NCBI GenBank assembly: GCA_937891425.1
Contig: CALAGD010000051.1
Coordinates: forward strand, 9,956-73,955
Direction: 5' to 3'
DNA length: 64,000 bases
Source: an uncultured Pigmentiphaga sp.
GTDB lineage: Bacteria > Pseudomonadota > Gammaproteobacteria > Burkholderiales > Burkholderiaceae_B
Of this stretch, positions 29,072-40,935 are shown piece by piece. Position numbers and translations under genes: made by a program. The notes beneath the pieces are model-generated. The model did no database searches. It saw only the letters and a list, made by a program, of their open reading frames with translations, and had not been told where the DNA came from. Each line of letters opens with the position of its first letter. Within the stretch, counting starts at the first letter, position 1.

Positions 29072-29724
29072 GAGCGTTCTCCAGCAGAGGCGGTGGAATT
29101 GGACGCGGCAGCACCACCGACCGGGTTCTGGCGCGGTTGCGCCGGCATGCTTACGAGGCGCAGGCGGTCGGCGGGATGCACCTTGTGCTGCTCGGCGGGG
29201 TCATTGCGCTTCACGTCGGCGCGCTTGCGCAGGGTGAGCGAGATGGCCGCGACCATGCCCACCAGCAGGACCACCGCCGCCACTTCGATGGCGAAGATGT
29301 AATCGGTGTACATCGCTGTACCCACCGCCAGCGTGTTGTTGTAGTCGGCAGGGTACGTGGGCAGAGGCCTGGACGGATCGAACCAGGTCGCACCCAGCAC
29401 GAACGCCATCTCGGCCACCATGATGCCGGCGATCACCAGCCCCAGCGGCAGGTACGTACGCACGCCCTTGCGCAACTGGCTCATGTCGATGTCGAGCATC
29501 ATGACCACGAAGAGGAACAGCACCATCACGGCGCCCACATAGACCAGGACCAGCAACAGGCCCAGGAACTCGACACCGATCATGACCCACAGCATGGATG
29601 CGGTGAAGAACGACAGCACGAGATGCATCGCGGCTGTGACCGGGTTGCGAGCGGTAACCGTGCGATAGGCCGCGATCACCAGTATGGCGGCCAGCACGTA
29701 GAACAATACGGTGATGAATGTCAT
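29068..29724 (-). CDS. nuoJ: NADH-quinone oxidoreductase subunit J
   Basis: 218 aa membrane subunit. Overlaps nuoK by 4 nt. Confidence 0.93.
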   Translation of the reverse strand: MTFITVLFYVLAAILVIAAYRTVTARNPVTAAMHLVLSFFTASMLWVMIGVEFLGLLLVLVYVGAVMVLFLFVVMMLDIDMSQLRKGVRTYLPLGLVIAGIMVAEMAFVLGATWFDPSRPLPTYPADYNNTLAVGTAMYTDYIFAIEVAAVVLLVGMVAAISLTLRKRADVKRNDPAEQHKVHPADRLRLVSMPAQPRQNPVGGAAASNSTASAGERS

Positions 29725-29745
29725 GATTTCCTGCTCTGTATCGGC

Positions 29746-30237
29746 TTACCGGTAGCGCGCATCCTTTGCACGGTTCTCGGCAATTTCTTTTTCGTAACGA
29801 TCTCCGATGGCCAGCAGCATGTCCTTGGTCATGTAGAGATCGCCGCGTTTTTCACCGTGATATTCGTAAATGTGCGTCTCCACGATGGAGTCGACCGGAC
29901 AGCTTTCCTCGCAGAAACCGCAGAAGATGCACTTGGTGAGGTCGATCTCGTAGCGTGTGGTACGCCGGGAGCCGTCTTCACGAACATCGGAGTCGATGGT
30001 GATGGCCAGTGCAGGACATACGGCCTCACACAACTTGCAGGCAATGCAACGCTCTTCGCCGTTGGGATAACGGCGCAACGCGTGCAGTCCGCGAAAACGC
30101 GGTGACGTCGGCGTTTTCTCCTCGGGGTAATACTGCGTGACCTTGCGCTGGAACACGTACTTCCCGGTCAGCTTCAGGCCCTTGAGCAGCTCGGTCAGCA
30201 TGAAACTGCCGAGAAAATCCTTGATGGCTTGAGTCAT
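29746..30237 (-). CDS. nuoI: NADH-quinone oxidoreductase subunit I
   Basis: Two 4Fe-4S motifs, [12 protein letters not shown] and [12 protein letters not shown]. Confidence 0.96.
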   Translation of the reverse strand: MTQAIKDFLGSFMLTELLKGLKLTGKYVFQRKVTQYYPEEKTPTSPRFRGLHALRRYPNGEERCIACKLCEAVCPALAITIDSDVREDGSRRTTRYEIDLTKCIFCGFCEESCPVDSIVETHIYEYHGEKRGDLYMTKDMLLAIGDRYEKEIAENRAKDARYR

Positions 30238-30261
30238 GGTGCTTTCCTGTCCAGTACCGGG

Positions 30262-31329
30262 TTACCGCCAGATGTTGAGAGGCGTCTGCAGCCAAACTGC
30301 AAGGAGAACGAGCCAGATGAGCGTGAAGGGGATGAACACCTTCCAGCCCAGGCGCATGATCTGGTCGTAACGATAGCGCGGGAACGAGGCCCGGAACCAG
30401 ATGAACAGCGAGACGACGACGAAGGTTTTCAGGAAGAGCCAGAGCCAGCCCGGAACCCAGGTGAAGGGCGCGAAGCCGAAGGGGGCATCCCAGCCGCCAA
30501 GGAACATGATTGACGCGAGACACGACAGCAGGATCATGTTCGCATATTCGGCCAGGAAGAACAGGGCAAAGCCCATGCCCGAATATTCCACCATGTGCCC
30601 GGCGACGATCTCGGACTCGCCTTCCACTACGTCGAACGGGTGCCGGTTGGTTTCCGCCACTGCCGATATGACGTAGATGACGAACAGCGGGAGCATGGGC
30701 AGCCAGTTCCACGACAGGAAGTTCAGCTTCATGTCGGCGAACGTGCCGCGCAGCTGGACGTTGACGATGTCGCTGAGGTTGAGGCTGCCTGACACCAGCA
30801 GCACGGCTACCAGAATGAAACCGATGGCCAGTTCGTACGACAACATCTGCGCGGAAGCCCGCATGGCGCCCAGGAAAGCATATTTGGAGTTGGATGCCCA
30901 CCCGGCAATGATCACACCGTAGACGCCCACCGAGGTGATCGCCATGATGTACAGCAGGCCGGCGTTGACGTTGGCAAGCACCACTTCAGGCCCGAACGGA
31001 ATGACTGCCCATGCGGCAAAGGCCGGCATCAGCACCACCATGGGCGCCACGATGTACAGGACCTTGTTGGCCTGCGCCGGGGTGATGACTTCCTTGAAGA
31101 GCAGTTTGAAAACGTCGGCGAAAGCTTGCAGCAGGCCGTAAGGTCCGACCCGGTTCGGCCCCTTGCGCACGTGCATGGCCGCAATCAGCTTGCGCTCCCA
31201 GTAGGTGAGATAGGCCACTGAGAGAATGAGCGGAACCAGGATGCAGATGATGCCCAGAAGAATCCAGACCACCGTCCAGATCTGGGGGCCGAGCAGCGAT
31301 TCGCCGAAATTGTGGATAGTGTCGAGCAT
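30262..31329 (-). CDS. nuoH: NADH-quinone oxidoreductase subunit H
   Basis: Polytopic NuoH/ND1-like protein. Start MLDTIHNFG (ATG 31329) overlaps the nuoG stop by 1 nt (TGATG). Confidence 0.95.
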   Translation of the reverse strand: MLDTIHNFGESLLGPQIWTVVWILLGIICILVPLILSVAYLTYWERKLIAAMHVRKGPNRVGPYGLLQAFADVFKLLFKEVITPAQANKVLYIVAPMVVLMPAFAAWAVIPFGPEVVLANVNAGLLYIMAITSVGVYGVIIAGWASNSKYAFLGAMRASAQMLSYELAIGFILVAVLLVSGSLNLSDIVNVQLRGTFADMKLNFLSWNWLPMLPLFVIYVISAVAETNRHPFDVVEGESEIVAGHMVEYSGMGFALFFLAEYANMILLSCLASIMFLGGWDAPFGFAPFTWVPGWLWLFLKTFVVVSLFIWFRASFPRYRYDQIMRLGWKVFIPFTLIWLVLLAVWLQTPLNIWR

Positions 31330-33656
31330 CAGACGCGCTCCACGATGATGTTGCCAACACAAGCACCCAGCGCCGCAGTGCTGGCGTGCGCTGCAGCAAT
31401 GCGCACAGCGCCGTCCGCCAGACTGTTGTCGGCGCAGGCCTCCAGACGTACCGAACCCGCCGCGCCCCGCACAAGCACGGTGTCGCCGTCAGCCACACCG
31501 AGCTGGGCGAGCGTACGCGGATTCATGCGCGCTCTCGGCGCGGCTGCGGCCGGCGTGGCCTGGAGCGAACGCGCCCGACGCACGATGGCGTCGCTGAAGT
31601 AAATGGGGACGTCGGCCACCCGCTCGACCCCCGTTGCGGAGACGTTCCCACTGCCGAGCTTGCCTTCAAGCCTATTGGACAGCTTCTCGGTGAGCGCCCC
31701 CAGGACCGAATCGCGTACGGCTTCTGACGTTTCTTCATCGAAGCCGGGCAAATGGAGCACGTTGCCCAGCACGCGCAGCACCTTCCAGGCGGGACGCGCG
31801 GCACCTTGAGGCGGTACCGTTCCCTTGAAGCTCTGGACCTGGCCAGCAAGGTTGATGAAGGTACCCGACGTTTCGGTGAAGGGCGTTACGGGCAACATGA
31901 CATGTGCCCAGTCTTCGGCCGCCGAACGATAGGTGGTGAGGGCCACGTTGAACTGTGCATTGCGCAGCACTTCGACTGCCCCAGCGCCCTGGGCAGTGTC
32001 GAGCAGCGGCTCGACATTGAGCACGACGTACGACTTGAGCGGCGCAGCCAGCATTGCGACCGCATTCTTGCCGTTGCGTTGCGGTGTGGCACCGGCCACA
32101 TAACCGCCCACCGCGTTGCCTCCGACCGGAAGGAAACCGAAGTTCGCCCCGGCAAGGTTGGCGACTGCCTGGGCATTGAGCGCGATCTGCGTCGCTGCCG
32201 GCGACTCGAGCACCGCACGCCCCAGCCAGATGGCAACCTTCGATCCGGTGGACAGGCTGCGCGCAATGGCTTCGGCCTGTTCCGACGGCTGTACGCCAGC
32301 GAGCTCCGCGGGTATCTCGGTTTGCCGGATGCGCGCCAGCGCCACCAGCACTTCTGCCACCGCATGCGCCAGCGCACTGGGCCGGACGGTGTAACGCGCG
32401 CTGATGGGCAGGAACCAGTCGTCGGCGGCAACGTCAATCGACAGGACTTCAGTGCCCCGCTTCGCGGCCTGGCGCAGCCGCTGCGTGATGAGCGGCTGGT
32501 CGGCGCGCATGAAACCCCCGATGACGAGGACGCGATCGAGATCGGCAATTTCCGATACGCGCATGCCGAGCCAAGGCGCGCCGGTGAGAGCACTGTCGAA
32601 GGCGGGATCGAGCTGACGGAGGCGGAAATCGATGTTGTCGGAGCCCAGGGCCCGCACGAGACGTGCGAGCAAGGCAAATTCTTCCGTAGTGGAATACTCG
32701 GCTGCGAGGGCACCGATCTGGCCCGCACCAAAGCTTTCCTTCACCTGACCCAGGCCGGACGCCACGACCTCGAGCGCTTCCTGCCAGTCGGCTTCGCGCC
32801 AGGTGCCATCGGCATTGCGGATCATGGGCGCGGTGAGGCGGTCTGCGGTATTCAGGCCTTCATAGGAAAAGCGGTCGCGGTCGGAAATCCAGCACTCATT
32901 GACTTCTTCGTTCTCGTAGGGCACGACGCGCATGACACGATCGCGCAGCACCTGCACGATGATGTTCGCGCCCAGGCTGTCGTGCGGGCTGACGGAACGG
33001 CGACGGGCCAGCTCCCAGGTGCGCGCCGTGAACCGGAACGGCTTGGAAAGCAGCGCACCCACGGGGCAGAGGTCGATCATGTTGCCCGACAGTTCGGATT
33101 CGACCGCTCGACCCACGAACGTGGTGATCTCGGAGAACTCGCCGCGGTTGAGCATGCCCAGTTCCATGATGCCGGCGATTTCCTGGCCGAACCGGACACA
33201 ACGCGTGCAATGAATGCACCGCTGCATGGCTTCGGCAGAAATCAGCGGGCCCATGTTCTTGTGGAACACGACGCGCTTCTCTTCCTGATAGCGCGAAGCG
33301 CTTTGACCATATCCGACGGAGAGGTCCTGCAGCTGGCATTCACCACCCTGGTCGCACACCGGACAGTCGAGCGGGTGGTTGATCAGGAGAAACTCCATGA
33401 CCGCCTTCTGCGCTGCGATGGCTTTCTCGGAGCGCGTATGCACCACCATGCCCTGGGTGACCGGCGTGGCACAGGCAGGCAAGGCCTTGGGCGCTTTCTC
33501 GACTTCGACCAGGCACATGCGGCAGTTGGCCGCAATCGACAACTTCTTGTGATAACAGAAATGCGGTATGTACACGCCCAGCTTGTTGGCAGCATGCATC
33601 ACCATGCTGCCTTCCGGCACTTGAACCGGCTTGCCGTCGATCGTGAGTTCAACCAT
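31329..33656 (-). CDS. nuoG: NADH-quinone oxidoreductase subunit G
   Basis: N-terminal 2Fe-2S/4Fe-4S motifs ([19 protein letters not shown]; [14 protein letters not shown]; [10 protein letters not shown]) plus a molybdopterin-like domain. Start MVELTIDGK (ATG 33656) overlaps the nuoF stop (TAATG). Confidence 0.95.
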   Translation of the reverse strand: MVELTIDGKPVQVPEGSMVMHAANKLGVYIPHFCYHKKLSIAANCRMCLVEVEKAPKALPACATPVTQGMVVHTRSEKAIAAQKAVMEFLLINHPLDCPVCDQGGECQLQDLSVGYGQSASRYQEEKRVVFHKNMGPLISAEAMQRCIHCTRCVRFGQEIAGIMELGMLNRGEFSEITTFVGRAVESELSGNMIDLCPVGALLSKPFRFTARTWELARRRSVSPHDSLGANIIVQVLRDRVMRVVPYENEEVNECWISDRDRFSYEGLNTADRLTAPMIRNADGTWREADWQEALEVVASGLGQVKESFGAGQIGALAAEYSTTEEFALLARLVRALGSDNIDFRLRQLDPAFDSALTGAPWLGMRVSEIADLDRVLVIGGFMRADQPLITQRLRQAAKRGTEVLSIDVAADDWFLPISARYTVRPSALAHAVAEVLVALARIRQTEIPAELAGVQPSEQAEAIARSLSTGSKVAIWLGRAVLESPAATQIALNAQAVANLAGANFGFLPVGGNAVGGYVAGATPQRNGKNAVAMLAAPLKSYVVLNVEPLLDTAQGAGAVEVLRNAQFNVALTTYRSAAEDWAHVMLPVTPFTETSGTFINLAGQVQSFKGTVPPQGAARPAWKVLRVLGNVLHLPGFDEETSEAVRDSVLGALTEKLSNRLEGKLGSGNVSATGVERVADVPIYFSDAIVRRARSLQATPAAAAPRARMNPRTLAQLGVADGDTVLVRGAAGSVRLEACADNSLADGAVRIAAAHASTAALGACVGNIIVERV

Positions 33657-34975
33657 TACAGATACTCCGGAACCACGCACGATTTGTGCTCGATGTGGTG
33701 GGCGAATTCATCGCGGAAATGCTTGACGAAGCTGCGTACCGGCATGGCGGCCGCGTCGCCCAGGGCGCAGATGGTGCGGCCCATGATGTTGCCCGCCACA
33801 TTGTCGAGCAGGTCGAGATCTTCGGGCCGCCCCTCGCCGTGCTCGATGCGATGCACCACGCGGTACAGCCATCCGGTGCCCTCGCGGCACGGCGTACATT
33901 GGCCGCAGCTTTCTTCGTAATAGAAATAGGAAAGCCGCAGCAGCGAGCGCACCATGCAACGTGTCTCGTCCATGACGATGACCGCGCCCGACCCGAGCAT
34001 GGACCCGGCCTTGGCGATCGAGTCGTAGTCCATGGTGCAATCCATCATGATGTGCGCGGGCAGCACCGGCGCACTGGATCCGCCCGGAATGACCGCCTTC
34101 AGCTTGCGTCCGCCACGCACACCGCCCGCGAGCTCGAGCAGCGTGGAGAACGGCGTTCCCAGGGGGATCTCGTAGTTTCCCGGACGCTCGACATCGCCGG
34201 AAATGGAAAAGATCTTGGTACCCCCGTTGTTGGGAATGCCGACATCGAGGTAAGCCGCACCGCCATTACGGATGATCCAGGGCACGGCTGCGAACGTCTC
34301 GGTGTTGTTGATGGTGGTAGGCTTGCCGTACAGCCCGTAGCTGGCCGGGAACGGCGGCTTGAACCGAGGCTGGCCCTTCTTGCCCTCGAGCGATTCAAGC
34401 AGCGCCGTTTCCTCGCCGCAAATGTAAGCACCATAACCGTGGAAGGCATGGAGCTGAAAGTTGAACCCCGATCCGAGGATGTTCTCGCCCAGGAAACCGG
34501 CGGCGCGCGCCTCTTCGATGGCTTCCTCGAAGCGCTCGTAGACTTCCCAGATTTCGCCGTGGATGTAGTTGTATCCGACGGAAATGCCCATGGCATACGC
34601 CGCGATCGCCATGCCCTCTATGACGATGTGCGGGTTGTAGCGCAGAATGTCGCGATCCTTGAACGTGCCCGGCTCACCTTCGTCGGAATTGCAGACGAGG
34701 TATTTCTGCCCGGGGAAGGAGCGCGGCATGAAGCTCCATTTGAGGCCGGTCGGGAAGCCCGCACCGCCCCGCCCACGCAAGGCCGACAGCTTGATCTCGT
34801 TGATGACGTCTTCCGGCTTCATGCCGCCGGTGAGCACCTTGCGCAGGGCTTCATAGCCCCCGCGCGCAACGTAGTCTTTCAGACGCCAGTTGTTACCGTC
34901 GAGGCCCGCGAGGATTTGCGGCGAAATGTGGCGACCATGCAGGCAGGTGGAAGAAGAAAGGTCGAGTGTGCTCAT
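33656..34975 (-). CDS. nuoF: NADH-quinone oxidoreductase subunit F
   Basis: FMN/NADH site [22 protein letters not shown] and 4Fe-4S motif [12 protein letters not shown]. Confidence 0.97.
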   Translation of the reverse strand: MSTLDLSSSTCLHGRHISPQILAGLDGNNWRLKDYVARGGYEALRKVLTGGMKPEDVINEIKLSALRGRGGAGFPTGLKWSFMPRSFPGQKYLVCNSDEGEPGTFKDRDILRYNPHIVIEGMAIAAYAMGISVGYNYIHGEIWEVYERFEEAIEEARAAGFLGENILGSGFNFQLHAFHGYGAYICGEETALLESLEGKKGQPRFKPPFPASYGLYGKPTTINNTETFAAVPWIIRNGGAAYLDVGIPNNGGTKIFSISGDVERPGNYEIPLGTPFSTLLELAGGVRGGRKLKAVIPGGSSAPVLPAHIMMDCTMDYDSIAKAGSMLGSGAVIVMDETRCMVRSLLRLSYFYYEESCGQCTPCREGTGWLYRVVHRIEHGEGRPEDLDLLDNVAGNIMGRTICALGDAAAMPVRSFVKHFRDEFAHHIEHKSCVVPEYL

Positions 34976-35472
34976 CGTGCGTCTCCGGCCCCCGTCTTGA
35001 GTTCATTCAGCAAGGCGTCGAGCCGCTCTTTGGACATGCGCACGCACATGCGCTTGTTGTTGACCAGCAATACCGGAGCATCGCCGCATGCACCCATGCA
35101 TTCACCTTCCTGCAGGGTGAACATGCCGTCGGGCGTGGTCTCGTTGAAATCGACGCCCAGTCGCTCCTTCAGGTGCTCGGCGGCTGCGTTGGCATCGCGC
35201 AGAGCACAGGGCAGGTTGGTGCAGACGGTGATCTTGTAACGCCCGACCGGCCGCGTATTGAACATAGCGTAAAACGTCGCCACTTCCTGTACGGCGATGG
35301 GCGGTACACCCAGATAGTTCGCTACTTCTTCAATGATTTCGGTGGACAGCCAACCGCATTCGTCCTGCGCGATTGCCAGCGCGGCGATGCTGGCAGAGAT
35401 CCGCTGGTCGGGCGGGAATTTCTGCAGCTCGCGATCGATTTTTCGGTAGGCCTGTTCGGACAACAGCGTCAT
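34972..35472 (-). CDS. nuoE: NADH-quinone oxidoreductase subunit E
   Basis: Thioredoxin-like 2Fe-2S subunit (VCTNLPC ... [10 protein letters not shown]). Confidence 0.96.
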   Translation of the reverse strand: MTLLSEQAYRKIDRELQKFPPDQRISASIAALAIAQDECGWLSTEIIEEVANYLGVPPIAVQEVATFYAMFNTRPVGRYKITVCTNLPCALRDANAAAEHLKERLGVDFNETTPDGMFTLQEGECMGACGDAPVLLVNNKRMCVRMSKERLDALLNELKTGAGDAR

Positions 35473-35496
35473 GTCAGTTCCTGGAACTCTTTGGAG

Positions 35497-36750
35497 TCAG
35501 CGATCGATCTCGCCGAACACGATGTCCTGCGTACCAATCAGGGTGACGGCGTCTGCAATCATGTGCCCACGCGCCATCTCGTCGAGGGCCTGCAGGTGAT
35601 TGAAGCCGGGCGCCCGGATTTTCAGGCGGTACGGCTTGTTTGCCCCGTCGGACACGAGGTAGATGCCGAACTCGCCCTTCGGATGTTCGACGGCCGAATA
35701 GACTTCGCCGGGTGGAACGTGGAAGCCTTCCGAGAAGAGCTTGAAATGGTGGATGAGCTCTTCCATGTTCGACTTCATCCTGGCGCGCGGCGGCGGCGCG
35801 ACCTTGTAGTTGTCGGTCATGACCGGCCCCGGATTCTTGCGCAACCAGTCGACGCACTGCCTGATGATGCGGTTGCTCTGCCGCATTTCGGCCACGCGGA
35901 CGAGGTAGCGGTCGTAACTGTCGCCGTTGGTGCCCACCGGGATGTCGAACTCGAGCTGGTCGTACACTTCATACGGTTGCGTCTTGCGCAGGTCCCAGGC
36001 GATGCCGGAGCCGCGCAGCATGGGCCCGGTGAACCCCAGCTGGATGGCCCGTTCGGGGGGCACGATACCGATGTCGACCAGGCGCTGCTTCCAGATCCGG
36101 TTCTCGGTGAGCAGCGTTTCGTACTCGTCGACGCAGGCGGGGAAACGTTCGGTGAAGGCCTCGATGAAGTCGAGCAGTGAACCCGACCGCGCCTCGTTCA
36201 TGATCTTGAGGTCTTTTTCCGAGCGGTACTTGCTGGGCTTGTACTGCGGCATGCTGTCGGGCAAATCGCGATACACCCCGCCCGGCCGGTAATAGGCGGC
36301 GTGCATGCGCGCACCCGAGACCGCCTCGTAGCAGTCCATGAGATCTTCTCGTTCACGGAACGTGTACAGGATGACCGCCATCGCGCCAACATCCAGCGCG
36401 TGGCTGCCCACCGCCATGAGGTGGTTGAGGATGCGGGTGATTTCGTCGAACATCACCCGGATATATTGCGCGCGGATCGGAACTTCGATACCCAGCAGCC
36501 GTTCGATGGCCATGACATAAGCGTGCTCGTTGCACATCATGGACACGTAGTCGAGACGGTCCATGTAGGGCAGCGCCTGCAGGTAGGTACGGTGCTCGGC
36601 CAGCTTCTCGGTGGCGCGGTGCAACAGACCGATGTGTGGGTCGGCGCGCTGGATGACTTCACCGTCGAGCTCGAGCACCAGCCGCAGCACCCCGTGTGCA
36701 GCCGGGTGCTGCGGCCCGAAGTTGAGCGTGTAATTCTTGATTTCTGCCAT
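35497..36750 (-). CDS. nuoD: NADH-quinone oxidoreductase subunit D
   Basis: 417 aa, [22 protein letters not shown] signature. Confidence 0.97.
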   Translation of the reverse strand: MAEIKNYTLNFGPQHPAAHGVLRLVLELDGEVIQRADPHIGLLHRATEKLAEHRTYLQALPYMDRLDYVSMMCNEHAYVMAIERLLGIEVPIRAQYIRVMFDEITRILNHLMAVGSHALDVGAMAVILYTFREREDLMDCYEAVSGARMHAAYYRPGGVYRDLPDSMPQYKPSKYRSEKDLKIMNEARSGSLLDFIEAFTERFPACVDEYETLLTENRIWKQRLVDIGIVPPERAIQLGFTGPMLRGSGIAWDLRKTQPYEVYDQLEFDIPVGTNGDSYDRYLVRVAEMRQSNRIIRQCVDWLRKNPGPVMTDNYKVAPPPRARMKSNMEELIHHFKLFSEGFHVPPGEVYSAVEHPKGEFGIYLVSDGANKPYRLKIRAPGFNHLQALDEMARGHMIADAVTLIGTQDIVFGEIDR

Positions 36751-36844
36751 ATTCAGTAGAGTCCGGTTGGATCCGAAGCGATACGCGCCTCACGCGAGAG
36801 CATGGCGACCAACGGCTTCACGCGCTGGGGATGTAAGGACATGG

Positions 36845-37438
36845 CTAGCGACCCACGCCGTAGGAGTCTTCGCGCACCACGCGCGGAACGATCTGCCGGG
36901 GAGGAATGGTGACCGGCTGGTAGACCACCCGCTTCTGCTCGGGGTCGTAGCGCATTTCGACGTGCCCGGAGATGGGGAAGTCCTTGCGGAACGGGTGCCC
37001 GATGAAGCCATAATCGGTGAGGATGCGACGCAGGTCGGGGTGCCCCTCGAACACGATGCCGAACAGGTCGAATGCTTCGCGTTCGTACCAGTTGAGGTTG
37101 TTCCACACGCCGACCAGGGACGGCACGACCGGGAACTCGTCATCGGGGGCGAACGAGCGCACCCGCAGGCGGCAGTTGTGCTCGATGGACAGCAGGTGCA
37201 GCACGATGGCGAAGCGCTTGCCTTCCCACGGCCGATTGGCGTAGGTGGAGTAGTCGACGCCGCACAGATCGATGGCGATCTGGAAGCGAAGATCGGGGTG
37301 ATCGCGCAAGGTGGTACAGACGGCCAGCAAGCGCTCGACTGGCACCACGATGGTGATTTCGCCCAACGCCTCGGTGAGCGCGATGTCGTCTCCTAGCGTG
37401 GCGACTAGACGGTTGCGTAGGGTTTCGAGTTTGGTCAT
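36845..37438 (-). CDS. nuoC: NADH-quinone oxidoreductase subunit C
   Basis: 197 aa, 30-kDa subunit family ([24 protein letters not shown]). Confidence 0.96.
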   Translation of the reverse strand: MTKLETLRNRLVATLGDDIALTEALGEITIVVPVERLLAVCTTLRDHPDLRFQIAIDLCGVDYSTYANRPWEGKRFAIVLHLLSIEHNCRLRVRSFAPDDEFPVVPSLVGVWNNLNWYEREAFDLFGIVFEGHPDLRRILTDYGFIGHPFRKDFPISGHVEMRYDPEQKRVVYQPVTIPPRQIVPRVVREDSYGVGR

Positions 37439-37473
37439 GCGTTATCTGCCGGATCGGACAGTGGGGACGCGCA

Positions 37474-37953
37474 TTACTTGCGGGCGATGGTGTTGGTACG
37501 GTGGATCTTGTTCTGCAGCTGAAGCAGCCCGTATATGAGCGCCTCAGCCGTGGGCGGACAACCCGGAACATAGATGTCGACCGGCACGATGCGGTCGCAG
37601 CCCCGCACCACCGAATAGGAATAGTGGTAGTAGCCACCCCCATTGGCGCATGACCCCATGGACACGACCCAGCGCGGCTCGGCCATCTGGTCGTAGACCC
37701 GCCGCAAGGCGGGCGCCATCTTGTTGCAGAGCGTGCCGGCCACGATCATGACGTCTGACTGACGCGGACTGGGGCGGAAAATGATGCCGAACTGGTCGAG
37801 ATCGTAACGCGCCATGCCCGCGTGCATCATCTCGACCGCGCAACAGGCCAGCCCGAATGTCATGGGCCACAACGAACCGGTGCGAGCCCAGTTGATGAGC
37901 TTGTCGGCACTGGTCGTGATGAAGCCTTCCTTCAGGAGTCCTTCAATAGCCAT
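37474..37953 (-). CDS. nuoB: NADH-quinone oxidoreductase subunit B
   Basis: [11 protein letters not shown] ... GSCANGGG ... PGCPP, the N2 cluster ligands. Confidence 0.97.
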   Translation of the reverse strand: MAIEGLLKEGFITTSADKLINWARTGSLWPMTFGLACCAVEMMHAGMARYDLDQFGIIFRPSPRQSDVMIVAGTLCNKMAPALRRVYDQMAEPRWVVSMGSCANGGGYYHYSYSVVRGCDRIVPVDIYVPGCPPTAEALIYGLLQLQNKIHRTNTIARK

Positions 37954-37995
37954 GATAGTTTCCGTATGCGAGAAATCGATACCGGCGCGCCGGCG

Positions 37996-38355
37996 TCATT
38001 CCCAATCGAGGGCGCCCTTCTTCCATTCGTAGATAAAGCCGACTACCAGCACCGCCAGGAAGACCATGACCGTCCAGAAGCCAAGCAGACCGACCGTGTC
38101 GTTCGCCATGGCCCACGGGAAGAGAAACGCGATTTCCAGATCGAACAAGATGAACAGGATGGCGATGAGGTAATACCGTACGTCGAACTTCATGCGCGCA
38201 TCTTCGAAGGCATCGAAGCCGCACTCGTACGGCATGAGCTTTGCCTCGTCGGGCCGGCGAGGGCCGATGACCGAACCCGCCAGGTAAAGCGCTGCACCGA
38301 CCAGCGCGCCGACGATGATGAACAACAATACGGGCAAGTAGGTATCGGTAGCCAT
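37996..38355 (-). CDS. nuoA: NADH-quinone oxidoreductase subunit A
   Basis: 119 aa from ATG 38355 (SD GAGGATCCG): [19 protein letters not shown]...YECGF...[13 protein letters not shown]. The 218-aa ORF extension to 38652 is rejected. Confidence 0.95.
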   Translation of the reverse strand: MATDTYLPVLLFIIVGALVGAALYLAGSVIGPRRPDEAKLMPYECGFDAFEDARMKFDVRYYLIAILFILFDLEIAFLFPWAMANDTVGLLGFWTVMVFLAVLVVGFIYEWKKGALDWE

Positions 38356-38498
38356 CGGATCCTCAGAGACATCCGCCCTGACGGCGGAAAACTTCAGATG
38401 TACCCGAGGCCGGAGGATAGCCTCGGACAAACCCTTGTATTGTATCCCATAGGTACATGTGCTAAAAACTTCTGGTTTGAGCCGGCCACAAGCCTTTC

Positions 38499-39278
38499 TC
38501 AGAACCGGTAGGTTACGCCCAGCAGGGGCCCTGACAGCGTCAGGTCGAGATCGATGCCGTTGCGGCGGTAGTCCACACCCAGACGACGATAACCTATCGA
38601 CACCGACCAGGCGTCGTTGAGACGGTAGTTGGCCGCCACCATGTATTGCCACGTCAGCTTCGAGCCGTGGCCGAACACGCCCCGACCCACATCCGCGTAA
38701 CTGCTCATCGACCAGTCCGGCGAAATCTGCCAGCGCACACGCACGCCAACCACGGGGTCAACCCAGGCTTCGCGCTTGCGCACCCCGAGGTTCAGCACCG
38801 AGGCATCCAGGCTTGCGCTGATGTCCCACAACCGTGCCCCTGCTCCCAGGTCCAGCAGCAGATCATCACGATGGACCACCGTGTAGCCCGCCGTCAACGT
38901 GCCGGTGCTGAGGCGCAGGCGCGAATGCACGCTCAGCAGGTCAATCAACTCGTGATTGGCACTTTGCGAGGACCATGAGTAATCGAACGCCAGCATCCAG
39001 CGGTCGCGCCGCGCGGTTCCCGTGATGAACAGTGCACCGTCCAGATCCTTCAGGATGTCGCTGAATGACTGCCGGAAATGCACCCGCGGAATGACGGAGG
39101 GGCCGACATCAAGACTGCCGTGCGACCCGATGCCCCACACATAGGGCGTAACCTGGAAGCGCCAGCCTTCGCTGCGCTGCGGCGCTTCTTCCGATGGCGG
39201 CGTCGCCTGCGCCGCGACCGTACCTGCCAGCAAGAGCCCCGCCAGGGCCACGACCATGCGAACGGTGGGTTGTTTCAT
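38499..39278 (-). CDS. Outer-membrane beta-barrel protein (family not assigned)
   Basis: Sec signal [25 protein letters not shown], alternating beta-strand pattern and C-terminal ...GVTYRF. Overlaps the upstream amidohydrolase stop by 4 nt. Confidence 0.6.
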   Translation of the reverse strand: MKQPTVRMVVALAGLLLAGTVAAQATPPSEEAPQRSEGWRFQVTPYVWGIGSHGSLDVGPSVIPRVHFRQSFSDILKDLDGALFITGTARRDRWMLAFDYSWSSQSANHELIDLLSVHSRLRLSTGTLTAGYTVVHRDDLLLDLGAGARLWDISASLDASVLNLGVRKREAWVDPVVGVRVRWQISPDWSMSSYADVGRGVFGHGSKLTWQYMVAANYRLNDAWSVSIGYRRLGVDYRRNGIDLDLTLSGPLLGVTYRF

Positions 39279-40771
39279 AGCGTGTCCTTGTAGATGCGCC
39301 CATCCTTCATGATGAGCCGAAGGTTCGTGTCCGGATCTGCGAGAAAATCCAGGCTCCTCGCCGGATCGCCATCGACGACCAGCAGGTCGGCCATGGCACC
39401 CGCCGCAATGACACCCAGGGCTCCCGGATACGGGTTGCGCGCTCCGGCCATCGCCAGCAACTCGCCATTGCGGGCGGTCGCCATCTGCAGCAGCTCGAGC
39501 GGGTCGTAAAAGCGGGTCAGCTTGGCAAGCTGCTTGCCTTGGGTGTGGAGGCTCTGTGGACTGAACAGGATGTCGGTACCCCAGGCAGTCCTGATATTGA
39601 AGCGCTTGGCCAACTCGTAGGCGCGCACCGTGCCTTCGGCCACTTCCATCTGTGCGAGGCGAGCCTGAGGGTCGGGCTTGGGGTTGGCGTCTTCGTCACC
39701 AAAAAACGGTTGCAGGCTCCACCAGGCCCCGGCATCGGCGATGCTCCTGGCTGCTTTTTCGTCAGCCAGCTGGCCATGCTCGATGCAGCGCACGCCGGCA
39801 CGCAGGGCGCGTTCGATGCCAGCCGACTGATACACGTGCACCATGACGTAGGTGCCCCAGTCTTGCGCCGCCTGCACGGCAGTACGCAGCTCGGCTTCCG
39901 TGTACTGGATGGTGTCGAGCGGGTCGTAGAATGAGGTCACCCCGCCACCCGCCATCAGCTTGATCTGCGAGGCCCCGAGCAGCAGCTGTTCGCGTACCCG
40001 CCGCAACACTTCGTCGCTGCCATCGGCAATGATGGTAACGCCCAGCGCTTCAGCACGGCTCATCTCGGACGAGGAAGTCCGCGGTATCTCGTGGCGCAGC
40101 CGGAAATCGCCATGCCCGGCTGTCTGCGAGATCATTGCACCCGACGGAAAGATGCGTGGCCCCGTGACGATGCCTTCATCGATCGCACGCTTGAGGGCAA
40201 ACGCCGGTCCGCCCGCATCGCGAATGGAAGTGAAACCGCGCAGCAGGGTACGTTCGGCCTCCCGAGCCGCCACGAGGTAGACATATCCGAGGTCGGCCGT
40301 CAGCGCCTGAATGGCGGTCAGCCCGCACAGCATGGAATGCCAGTGGACATCGATCAGGCCTGGCATGACAACACGCCCGCCGCAATCGATCAGTCTGGCA
40401 TCGGCGACCTGCTCACCAGCAGCCAGCACATCGACAATTCGATTACCCTTTACCAGAACCTGCACCCCGCCGCGCAGCTGACCGCTGACACCATCGAACA
40501 GCCGCAGGTTGGTCAGAAGCAGGGGCCGGTCAGGAGCCTCGGGCTGCGCGGCAAAGCTTTCACCCTTGCCGAGGCCGACGAAAGCCAGCATGGCCGCCGA
40601 CATCCCTCCAAGGAATGCACGCCGCGACAGGCTGGCCATCACCCGCTGGTGCAGCAGACGGGCTACAGGATTGGCACAGTGACAGGCGCAGAATGCGCCA
40701 CGCGCATGCTGTGCCAGCGGCGCTGCAGCACCCTGCAGGGCCGTGCGCAACACCGAAACTGAATTGGACAT
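39275..40771 (-). CDS. Tat-exported metal-dependent amidohydrolase-family protein
   Basis: Twin-arginine signal SRRAFLGGMSAAMLAFVGLGKGESFAA; amidohydrolase motifs (PGLIDVHWH, ...MVHVY..., IEHG). ATG 40771 is preceded by GGGAGAGAATCCAC; ATG 40639 is an alternative start. Confidence 0.75.
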   Translation of the reverse strand: MSNSVSVLRTALQGAAAPLAQHARGAFCACHCANPVARLLHQRVMASLSRRAFLGGMSAAMLAFVGLGKGESFAAQPEAPDRPLLLTNLRLFDGVSGQLRGGVQVLVKGNRIVDVLAAGEQVADARLIDCGGRVVMPGLIDVHWHSMLCGLTAIQALTADLGYVYLVAAREAERTLLRGFTSIRDAGGPAFALKRAIDEGIVTGPRIFPSGAMISQTAGHGDFRLRHEIPRTSSSEMSRAEALGVTIIADGSDEVLRRVREQLLLGASQIKLMAGGGVTSFYDPLDTIQYTEAELRTAVQAAQDWGTYVMVHVYQSAGIERALRAGVRCIEHGQLADEKAARSIADAGAWWSLQPFFGDEDANPKPDPQARLAQMEVAEGTVRAYELAKRFNIRTAWGTDILFSPQSLHTQGKQLAKLTRFYDPLELLQMATARNGELLAMAGARNPYPGALGVIAAGAMADLLVVDGDPARSLDFLADPDTNLRLIMKDGRIYKDTL

Positions 40772-40935
40772 GTGGATTCTCTCCCGGATGGGTGTAAAAC
40801 TGGCACCGGTAGCTGACCGGACCACTGTGTCGAACCATTGTCGGACTGCAAGATTTTGCCACCAAGGGTAACGGACACACGGGGTCGTCATGCGCACGCC
40901 CCAATACTGCTCACCTCGCTCGGGCAACTGCCTCC

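Noticed and set aside
31752-33920. 722-aa plus-strand ORF, the longest non-annotated ORF in the window
   Set aside because: It is antisense to nuoG/nuoF, which are unambiguous. It has no motifs and a shadow-frame composition. The same holds for 33686..35239, 34966..36180, 24963..26321, 27625..28722 and 23481..24692, all opposite nuo genes.
38356-38652. N-terminal extension making nuoA 218 aa
   Set aside because: NuoA is about 120 aa. ATG 38355 has an SD (GAGGA), and the extension runs through promoter/hairpin DNA and into the upstream OMP gene.
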